Below are positions 26,141-33,720 of a stretch of 47,909 nucleotides of DNA, in pieces; the first letter of the stretch is position 1; each line of letters starts with the position of its first letter. The notes beneath the pieces were generated by a model. It worked only from the letters and a program-made list of their open reading frames with translations. It did no database searches and was not told the origin of the DNA. Source of the stretch: Vicinamibacterales bacterium (lineage in GTDB: Bacteria; Acidobacteriota; Vicinamibacteria; Vicinamibacterales; CAVVIG01); the NCBI GenBank assembly GCA_025450765.1, contig JANWLS010000199.1, forward strand, positions 1-47,909. Direction: 5' to 3'. The position numbers and the translations under genes are program-made.

Positions 26141-27517
26141 ATGGCCAGAAGTCACCGCCCGTTCGCTGCCCGCGCCTCGCGGCTGCCGTGGCCCGGTCTC
26201 CTGGCCTTGTTTCTCATCGTTCCCGCGGCCGTGTTCGCCATGGGCCAGTTCTCCGGGAACACCGATGAGAGCGCTGCCATCAACTACACCAATACCCAGC
26301 CCACCGATCCGGTGGCGCAGTTGCAGAAGCGGGTCGACAGCGGCCAGGCGACGCTCACCTACGAACCGAAGCACGGATATCTCGCCTCGGTCCTCAAGGA
26401 CCTGCACGTCCCGATCGATTCGCAGGGGCTCGTGTTCTCCCGCACCAGCCTGCAAGTCGATTTCATCGCTCCGTGGACCCCGCGCGCGCTGTACTACAAC
26501 GACGATGTCTATGTGGGCTACGTGCAGAACGGGCCGATCATGGAGATCGCGTCGGTCGATCCGAACCTCGGCGCCATCTTCTACACGTTGAAGCAGCAGC
26601 CGAGTGCACATCCGACGTTCGAGCGTCAGGGCGCCACGTGCCTGCAGTGCCACGATTCGGCGTCGACGACCGGCGGCGTGCCCGGTTTCATCATGCGATC
26701 GGTGTACTCAGACAAGTTCGGGTATCCGATCGACACGCCGGACGGCACGACGACCGACGCGACCCCGTGGGAGCACCGCTGGGGCGGGTGGTACGTCACC
26801 GGAACGCACGCGCCGGCGCCGACGATGGGTAACATGATGGCCCCGATGACGCTGCACGACATCGGGAACGTGCCGAACTACATCGCGAACGTGAAGCTGC
26901 CGACCGGGAGCGTCACGGATCTGTCATCGAAGTTCGACACGAGCGCCTATCTCGCGCCGGGCAGCGACATCGTCGCGCTGCTGGTCCTGGCGCACCAGAC
27001 CCACGTGCACAACCTGATTACGATGGCCAACTACGACACGAGGAAGGCGCTCTACACGGAGAAGCTCGCCGACGTCGAAATGGGCACCACGGCGGACGGC
27101 CAGCACTCGCCTTTGACGATGATGCGCGTGAAGGGGGCGGCCGACCGGCTTGCGCGCGGGATGATGTTCGCGAGGGACGCGTCGTTTCCGGGGCCGGTGA
27201 AGGGGACGTCTGGCTTTGCCGAGGAGTTCCAGGCGCGCGGCCCGAAGGACCGGCAGGGCCGCTCGTTGCGAGATCTCGACCTGCAGACGCGCCTGTTCAA
27301 GTACCCATTGAGCTACCTGGTGTACTCGGACGATTTCGACGCGCTGCCCCAGCTCGTCAAGGGCTTCGTCTACCAGCGGATCTTCGATGTCCTCTCGGGG
27401 CAGGACAAGAATCCGGATTACGACGAATTCTCGGCGGCCGATAAGAAGGCCGCGCTCGACATCCTCGAAGAGACCAAGCCGGACTTCGCGGCCTTTTCAT
27501 CCACCGCCCGGCAATGA
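26141..27517 (+). CDS. Exported hypothetical protein with a single CxxCH (putative mono-heme cytochrome c)
   Basis: N-terminal hydrophobic segment; SQGLVFSRTSLQ, PRALYYNDDVYVGYV, CLQCH, RWGGWYVTG, GRSLRDLDLQTRLFKYPLSYLVYS. Confidence 0.8.
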   Translation: MARSHRPFAARASRLPWPGLLALFLIVPAAVFAMGQFSGNTDESAAINYTNTQPTDPVAQLQKRVDSGQATLTYEPKHGYLASVLKDLHVPIDSQGLVFSRTSLQVDFIAPWTPRALYYNDDVYVGYVQNGPIMEIASVDPNLGAIFYTLKQQPSAHPTFERQGATCLQCHDSASTTGGVPGFIMRSVYSDKFGYPIDTPDGTTTDATPWEHRWGGWYVTGTHAPAPTMGNMMAPMTLHDIGNVPNYIANVKLPTGSVTDLSSKFDTSAYLAPGSDIVALLVLAHQTHVHNLITMANYDTRKALYTEKLADVEMGTTADGQHSPLTMMRVKGAADRLARGMMFARDASFPGPVKGTSGFAEEFQARGPKDRQGRSLRDLDLQTRLFKYPLSYLVYSDDFDALPQLVKGFVYQRIFDVLSGQDKNPDYDEFSAADKKAALDILEETKPDFAAFSSTARQ

Positions 27518-27554
27518 TCAATCGGGGCTCTGCCTCGAACCCCGGCTCACTTCT

Positions 27555-28817
27555 CTACGCTCGCATCCCGGCTCGCGCCGTTCCGTTCGCAGATCTGCTT
27601 GCGCGGGCTTTCAGCATGCGCGCAAAGGCGTCGAACACCTTCCGCATCTGCGGCGCCTTGTAGGGAAAGAGATCGGACGAATCCATGGCGTGAACGACCA
27701 TGCACTGGTCCGCCTCGAACAGCAGTAACCGCCCGTCCCGCGTTTCTCCGCAATCGAGCACGAGATAATCCAGCCCCATTCGATCCTGGACGGCGCCGAG
27801 CGCGGCGGCGTGGCGTCGTGCGAACGTGTCGTCAAAAGTCGCCATCGCTTGCGCTTCCTCGGCTCGCTTCTCCGCGCTTTCGCTCATGCCGGCATTGAGG
27901 TAGTGAATCATCCAGTGCTTCGAGATGGCGAGGTGACAGAGGAATGGCTGGCCGTCGATGAGCGCGACGCGGTACTTCCGGAAGAGGCCGTCCACGCCGC
28001 GGTAGTCCACGAACGGCGTCAGGTACAGCTCATCGTCGGCATGCGCGCCGAGATAGCCCTTGAGTTCATTTGGCGAATCGATTTTCGCAAGGTCGTGTCC
28101 GCCGTGCGATCCGAGCGGGCGCACGAGCAGCGGATAACCGATGCCGCCCGCGGCTTCCACCGCGTTCGTCCGATGGTGCCGTGCCACTGCCGGGACCACT
28201 AGTCCCTCCGTACCTTGCAGGCGTGCACAGACGCCTTCGCGTGAGAGCGCCAGCACCTGCGCCGGATGATTGATGACCGGACGAGACCAGCACCGAAGCC
28301 GCTCGGCGAGCCATGCGAGCAGCGGGCGATTGCGCTCGTTCTCGCCAACGGCGACGAACAGGACGTCGTGTTCGGGGACGACCTCCGGGAAGGGGAGGGT
28401 GGTGTCGACGTAGAGCAGATCGAGCGTGGCGCCGGAGCCTTCCAGCAGGCACTCCAGCGGCGTATTGGCCATGAAATCGCCGGCGCTCAGGAGGGCGAGC
28501 ACGCGGAAGCCGCGGAGCGGCTCACGCGGAGACGCGGAAGCCGCGGAGAGGTCACGCGGAGACGCGGAGGGCGCATCGGGCGCGGACAACGCGACCCGGT
28601 ACTGTTGTCGCATGTGCAGGGCCTGCGCCTGCACCTCGAGCGCGGCATCGTGATTGAGGGTGAGTTGCAGCACGGTGGACAGGTCGAGGAGCGTCGCCGC
28701 CTCGCCTGGGTGCTGCGTCGCCTGCTCGATCAGGTGCGCCTGGAGCGGGGCGAGATCGGCGCCCGCCATGGCGGCGCGGAACAGGCGTGCGAAACCGAGC
28801 AGCGGTTCAGTGATCAT
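27555..28817 (-). CDS. ATP-grasp (RimK-like) ligase-family protein
   Basis: Start ATG 28817 overlaps upstream TGA (ATGA); PVINHP, YPLLVRPLGSHGG, FVDYR, RKYRV, LDYLVLDC...LLLFEAD. Confidence 0.8.
   Translation of the reverse strand: MITEPLLGFARLFRAAMAGADLAPLQAHLIEQATQHPGEAATLLDLSTVLQLTLNHDAALEVQAQALHMRQQYRVALSAPDAPSASPRDLSAASASPREPLRGFRVLALLSAGDFMANTPLECLLEGSGATLDLLYVDTTLPFPEVVPEHDVLFVAVGENERNRPLLAWLAERLRCWSRPVINHPAQVLALSREGVCARLQGTEGLVVPAVARHHRTNAVEAAGGIGYPLLVRPLGSHGGHDLAKIDSPNELKGYLGAHADDELYLTPFVDYRGVDGLFRKYRVALIDGQPFLCHLAISKHWMIHYLNAGMSESAEKRAEEAQAMATFDDTFARRHAAALGAVQDRMGLDYLVLDCGETRDGRLLLFEADQCMVVHAMDSSDLFPYKAPQMRKVFDAFARMLKARASRSANGTARAGMRA
28501..28570. repeat. Tandem GACGCGGAG-type repeat units inside the ATP-grasp CDS
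   Basis: ACGCGGAAGCCGCGGAG at 28501 and 28532; TCACGCGGAGACGCGGA at 28522 and 28552. Confidence 0.7.
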
Positions 28818-30289
28818 GACGCGGCGTCCAAGGTGTCCGTCTCGAGTGCCTGGCCGCAGGCGAGCACCGCCTCGGCGAGCGCCTCGATGTCCGCGCTCCT
28901 CGTCCGATGGTTCACGATCGCGGCGCGGATGGCACGATGCCCGTTGATGATGGTGGTGGACGGTGCCGCGATCCCGGACTCCTGGACGGCCTGCACGATC
29001 TCGCTGTTGACGTGATCGAGGTCCGGCCGGCGGCCGCGGTAGCGGAAGCACACGATGTTGAGCGAGACCGGCGCGAGCAGCTCCAGTCGCGGCTCGGCCT
29101 CGATTCGCGTGGCCAGCTCGCGCGCCAGCTCGCATGTGCGCGAAATGCTGCGCCCGATCGCGTCCGCCCCGTACACCGTGAAGGTGAACCAGGTCTTCAG
29201 CGCGCGGAAGCCGCGGGACAGGTCGGGGCCGAAGTCGCACGGCCAGGGCGAATCGCCGGCGAGGCCGCGATCCGTGCGCTGCAGGTAGGCTGCCGCCGAC
29301 GCGAAGGTGTCCTGATGGAGGCGGCCGTCGCGGACCAGCACGAAGCCGGCGTCGTACGGCACCTGGCCCCACTTGTGGAAATCGAAGGCGAGTGAATCGG
29401 CCGTTTCGATGCCGGCGAGCTTCGGCGCGAGGTCCGGCGCCAGGATGCCCAGCGCGCCATACGCACCATCCACGTGGAACCACAGGCGCTCACGCCGCGC
29501 GATCGCGCCGAGTGCGGCCAGATCGTCGATCGCGCCGGTGTCCACCGTTCCCGCGGTCCCGGCGACGAAGAACGGGTGCAGGCCCGCCTGCCGGTCGCGC
29601 GCAATGGCGGCCTGCAGCGCGAGCAGATCCATCTGCTGGCGGTCGTTGGTCGGGATCACGCGGATCGCGTCGCTCCCGAGCCCGCTCATCTCCATCGCGC
29701 GCGTGAGGCAGCCGTGCGCCGCGGCGGACAGGTACGACGTCAGCGCCGCGCCCGGCCAGCCAAGTCCCTGCCGGCGGACGGACGGGCCGAGGGCCGCGGT
29801 GCGCGCGACGAGCACGCTGACGAAATTCGCCATCGAGGTGCCCGTCACGAAGAGGCCGCTGGCGTCCCGGGGGAAACCGAACAGCTCCCGCATCCAGTCG
29901 ACGACCTGGCGCTCGACGTGAACCGGCATCTGGCTCCGGCCACCGAGATTGGCGTTCAGCCCGCCGGCCAGCATTTCTGCCAGCATGCCCACCGGAGTAC
30001 CCCCGCCGTGCACCCAGCCCATGAAGCGCGGATGCGCGTTGCCGACGGCGTAGGGAAGCACCCGCTCCATGAAGGCGCGGTGGGCATCGGCCAAGGCGGT
30101 CGGCTGGTGCGGCAGGCCGTCGCGAAAGGCGTCGCGCACGGCGCGGGGCGCCGGCTTCCACACCGGCCGTTCACGAATCTGCTCGAGGTAATCGCAGATG
30201 TCGTCGAGCATCCGGTGCGCGTCCGATCGGAACGACGGCCAGTCTGGCGGGTCGAGGGACGTATCGGGATCGGCCACGGGGTGCGACAT
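28814..30289 (-). CDS. Group II PLP-dependent amino-acid decarboxylase
   Basis: HPRFMGW, GLFVTGTSMAN, AGTVDTGAIDDL, WFHVDGAYG, DSLAFDFHKW (PLP lysine), SRGFRALKTW. Confidence 0.92.
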   Translation of the reverse strand: MSHPVADPDTSLDPPDWPSFRSDAHRMLDDICDYLEQIRERPVWKPAPRAVRDAFRDGLPHQPTALADAHRAFMERVLPYAVGNAHPRFMGWVHGGGTPVGMLAEMLAGGLNANLGGRSQMPVHVERQVVDWMRELFGFPRDASGLFVTGTSMANFVSVLVARTAALGPSVRRQGLGWPGAALTSYLSAAAHGCLTRAMEMSGLGSDAIRVIPTNDRQQMDLLALQAAIARDRQAGLHPFFVAGTAGTVDTGAIDDLAALGAIARRERLWFHVDGAYGALGILAPDLAPKLAGIETADSLAFDFHKWGQVPYDAGFVLVRDGRLHQDTFASAAAYLQRTDRGLAGDSPWPCDFGPDLSRGFRALKTWFTFTVYGADAIGRSISRTCELARELATRIEAEPRLELLAPVSLNIVCFRYRGRRPDLDHVNSEIVQAVQESGIAAPSTTIINGHRAIRAAIVNHRTRSADIEALAEAVLACGQALETDTLDAAS

Positions 30290-30461
30290 GCGAGGCGGAA
30301 TCACGGTGAGCAAGTCCCGGTCCAGCCGTCAGCCTGCCCGGGGCGGGGAGCCTGCCCGGAATTTCATGCCCTCGGCCGGTCCTGGCAGCGCCCGTCGTCG
30401 CCTGGCTGACAAGGCGTGCCGGGGATTCGGCCGGACGGACGACACCGGTTACACTCTGGGC

Positions 30462-30833
30462 ATGTCTCGCACCATGCTCTTTGCCGGCAGCCTGTCGGCT
30501 GGAATCTCCGTGGCGCTCGGCGCCTTTGGCGCGCACGGCCTCAGCTCCCGCCTCTCGCCCGACATGCTGCAGATCTGGGAAACGGGCGCGCGCTATCAGA
30601 TGTACCACGCGCTCGCGCTGCTCGCGGTCTCCTGGGTGTGCACGCGCCTGCCGGCCTCGTCGCTCGCCGGCTGGGCGGGCATCCTGTTCATCGTGGGAAC
30701 CGTGCTCTTTTGTGGCAGCCTCTACGTCCTCGCGGTGAGCGGACGGCTCTGGCTGGGGGCGATCACGCCGCTCGGCGGCCTGGCGTTCCTGGCGGGCTGG
30801 ATCTGCCTGGCGCTCTCGGCCGTGTGGGGATAG
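30462..30833 (+). CDS. DUF423 / YgdD family small membrane protein
   Basis: VALGAFGAHGL, WETGARYQMYHAL, LFCGSLY, GAITPLGG. Confidence 0.92.
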   Translation: MSRTMLFAGSLSAGISVALGAFGAHGLSSRLSPDMLQIWETGARYQMYHALALLAVSWVCTRLPASSLAGWAGILFIVGTVLFCGSLYVLAVSGRLWLGAITPLGGLAFLAGWICLALSAVWG

Positions 30834-30879
30834 CCCCGTGGGAACTCCCGGGCGGAAACGCTCGTAGGTTCCCACAGGC

Positions 30880-33402
30880 GTGCGCATCCTCAATCAAGAT
30901 CTCCGGCTCGCGATCCGCGGCCTCCGCAAGAGCCCGGCGTTCACGGCGACGGCGGTCCTGGTGCTCGCGCTCAGCCTTGGAATCAACACCGCCGTGTTCA
31001 CGCTCGCCAACACGATGGTCTTCCCGCCGTCCAGCGGCCACGCGGACGACCTCGTCAGTCTCTACAATCGCCAAACGACTCCGAGTGGATCGCGGGAGTC
31101 GTATCGCGCGTTTTCCTACCAGGATTACCTCCGCCTCCGATCCCACACGGAGATCTTTCCGCACCTGCTGGCGCAGAACATGACGATGCTCGGCGTGACC
31201 GACGGCGGCACGACGACGCGCGAGTTCGGTTCGATCGTCTCGTCGAACTTCTTCGACACGCTGGGTGTGCGGCCGCAGCTGGGACGGGCATTCACGGCCG
31301 AGGAAGAGCGCCCCGGCGCGAATATCGCGGTCGCGATCGTCAGCGACCGATATTGGCGCGGGCACGGGGCGACGCCGGACATCATTGGAGAGACGATTCG
31401 CCTCAACGGGCGCGTGTTCACGATTGTCGGGGTGGCGCCGGCAGGCTTCACCGGCACCGAGGTGCTCCTCACGCCGGAGGTGTGGCTTCCGCTCGGCGTG
31501 TACGACGAGGTCGTGGTCGATGTGTTCCGGCAAGGGCAGGGCGGGCTGGCCGATCCGGCGACGCATGGCCTGTTCGTCTCAGGATTGCTGGCGACGGGCC
31601 TCACACTCGCCAACGTGTCGCCGCGACTGAACGCGGTGGCGGCCGAGCTCGCCCGGGCCGATCTCGCCAACGATCGTGACTACAGCCTGCTCGCCCGCCC
31701 GGTGAACCATTGGGGGCTCGGCACCAATCCGCAGAGCGGGGCGCCGATCGCGGGCCTCGCGGGCTTGCTCGTGCTGATGGCGATCGTGGTGTTGGTGATC
31801 GCCTGCTTGAACCTGGCCAATATGATGCTGGCGCGTGGCGCGGCCCGGCGTCGAGACGTCGCCGTGCGGCTGGCGCTCGGCGCCTCGCGGGGCCGGATCA
31901 TCCGGCAACTGCTGACGGAGGGCGCCGTGCTGTCGGTCCTCGGCATTCTGCCGGGGCTGCTGCTGGCGTACTGGGCCGTCGACCTGCTGATCGCCTCGCT
32001 CGTGCCGCGCCTGCCGTTCGAGATCATCATGTCGGCGGCGCCGGACGTTCGCGTGCTCGCCGCGACGATCCTCTGCGCGGCGGGCAGCACGATGGTGTTC
32101 GGCCTCGGGCCGGCGTGGAAGCTCTCGCGCACGGCGCTCGTCACGGATCTGCAGGATGGCGGGACGCGGTCGAGCGAAGCGTTCGGCCGGCTGTCCGGCC
32201 GCAACCTCATGGTGGTCGGCCAGCTGGCGCTCGCGCTCGCGCTGCTCACGACGTCGGGACTCTTCGCGCGCGCGGCGATGCGCGCGGCCGTGGCCGATCC
32301 CGGCTTCTCGACCGAGCACGAGCTCCTCGTATCGGTCGATCCGAGCCTGGCCGGCATGAATGAGACGCAGGGGCGCCAGCTCTATCAGCGGCTGCTCGCA
32401 CGGTTGCGCGCGCTGCCCGGCATCGAGGCGGCCAGTTACGGATCGATGACGCCCTCTGGCGAGATGACCATGGAGCGGCGTGTGAGCCCTGCCAGCGGGC
32501 GCGGGGCCGCCGCCGAGACGGCCGCCGGCGTCGACACCGTGTTCGTGGCCGTTGGCGCCGACTACTTCAAGGCGCTGGGCCTGCACGTGCTTCGCGGGCG
32601 CGGCTTCACCGAACAGGAAGCCCAGACCGACAGCGGGCGTGGAGTGGCCGTCATCGACCAGGCGCTCGCCAAACAGCTCTTCCCCGATCGCGAGCCGATC
32701 GGTCAGCTGATTCGTGTGAACGCGTCGAGCGATCAGCCAGAGGCCCGGGTGGTGCAGGTGATCGGCGTCGCCCCGCTGCTGCATTACGACCTGTTCGACG
32801 ACACTCCGGCCCACATGTATGTGCCGGCAGGGTCGCACTACATCGCGAACATGAACGTGCAGCTCCGCGTCGCCGCCGCCGGCGCCGGGAGCGATGAGAC
32901 GATGCTGGATGTGGTCCGGCGTGCCGTTCGCGACGTGGATCCCAATCTGCCCGTCGTCGCGCTCCGCACGATGCGCGATCAGCAGGAGCACGGTCTGTCG
33001 CTCTGGCTGGTGCGCACGGGCGCCCGGCTCTTCACGGCGTTCGGGGCGCTCGCCCTGCTGCTGGCCGCGATCGGTGTCTACGGCGTGAAGGCGTACGCGG
33101 TGTCACGGCGCACGCGCGAAATCGGCATCCGGATGGCGCTCGGGGCCGCCCCGCGCGACGTGCTGGGGATGATGCTGCGGGAAGGGCTCGCGCTGGCCGC
33201 GCTCGGGCTCGTCTCGGGGCTCGCGCTCGCGGCCGGTCTCGCGCAGCTCGTTCGAGGCCTGCTGTACAACGTCAGCGCCTTCGATCCGGCGATTTTCGCG
33301 ATCGCGCCGCTCGTTCTGGTGCTCGCGATTTTCGCCGCCAGCTGGATTCCGGCGCGTCGCGCCACACGTGTGGCGCCACTCGACGCCCTGCGAACCGAAT
33401 GA
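30880..33402 (+). CDS. ABC transporter permease, duplicated MacB/FtsX (ADOP-type)
   Basis: DLRLAIRGLRKSPAF, IACLNLANMMLARG, RRTREIGIRMALGA, PARRATRVAPLDALRTE. Confidence 0.92.
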   Translation: MRILNQDLRLAIRGLRKSPAFTATAVLVLALSLGINTAVFTLANTMVFPPSSGHADDLVSLYNRQTTPSGSRESYRAFSYQDYLRLRSHTEIFPHLLAQNMTMLGVTDGGTTTREFGSIVSSNFFDTLGVRPQLGRAFTAEEERPGANIAVAIVSDRYWRGHGATPDIIGETIRLNGRVFTIVGVAPAGFTGTEVLLTPEVWLPLGVYDEVVVDVFRQGQGGLADPATHGLFVSGLLATGLTLANVSPRLNAVAAELARADLANDRDYSLLARPVNHWGLGTNPQSGAPIAGLAGLLVLMAIVVLVIACLNLANMMLARGAARRRDVAVRLALGASRGRIIRQLLTEGAVLSVLGILPGLLLAYWAVDLLIASLVPRLPFEIIMSAAPDVRVLAATILCAAGSTMVFGLGPAWKLSRTALVTDLQDGGTRSSEAFGRLSGRNLMVVGQLALALALLTTSGLFARAAMRAAVADPGFSTEHELLVSVDPSLAGMNETQGRQLYQRLLARLRALPGIEAASYGSMTPSGEMTMERRVSPASGRGAAAETAAGVDTVFVAVGADYFKALGLHVLRGRGFTEQEAQTDSGRGVAVIDQALAKQLFPDREPIGQLIRVNASSDQPEARVVQVIGVAPLLHYDLFDDTPAHMYVPAGSHYIANMNVQLRVAAAGAGSDETMLDVVRRAVRDVDPNLPVVALRTMRDQQEHGLSLWLVRTGARLFTAFGALALLLAAIGVYGVKAYAVSRRTREIGIRMALGAAPRDVLGMMLREGLALAALGLVSGLALAAGLAQLVRGLLYNVSAFDPAIFAIAPLVLVLAIFAASWIPARRATRVAPLDALRTE

Positions 33403-33720
33403 TCCGCAGCCATGAACCGCGAGCCCGGAGACAATTTTTGACAACGCTGAGCCTTTGGAGTGCTGTATACTGCCCGCTTCATGTTCGGTCTCAAGGCGGC
33501 GCGCGGTGTCAGTCCTCTACTTTTCTCGTGCCGCTATGCAGCGGCCGGACGCCCCCCACGCATTCAGCGCTCCCGTATCTTTTCCCGTCCTCACCATTCC
33601 GGCCGCTAGACGTCACTCCGGCGGGGCACTGGCCCGGGAGCCTGCTCCAGGGACGCAGCGTTGTCCCGTTGCTTCGCTGGTCATATGTACGTTCCCGACA
33701 TCATTAGAAGGAGAACTGCG

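Noticed and set aside
25898-28570. Repeats as a CRISPR array
   Set aside because: No constant repeat with unique equal-length spacers, and no cas genes
28818-29483. N-terminal extension of the ATP-grasp ORF (642 aa)
   Set aside because: Off-frame overlap with the decarboxylase; the ATGA junction at 28814-28817 marks the real start
3991-33402. Two ABC permeases without ATPase genes as a novel transporter
   Set aside because: Orphan duplicated permeases are a known, heavily expanded acidobacterial family
33438-33471. Canonical sigma70 promoter TTGACA...TATACT
   Set aside because: Spacer is 22 nt, too long for the two boxes to act as one promoter
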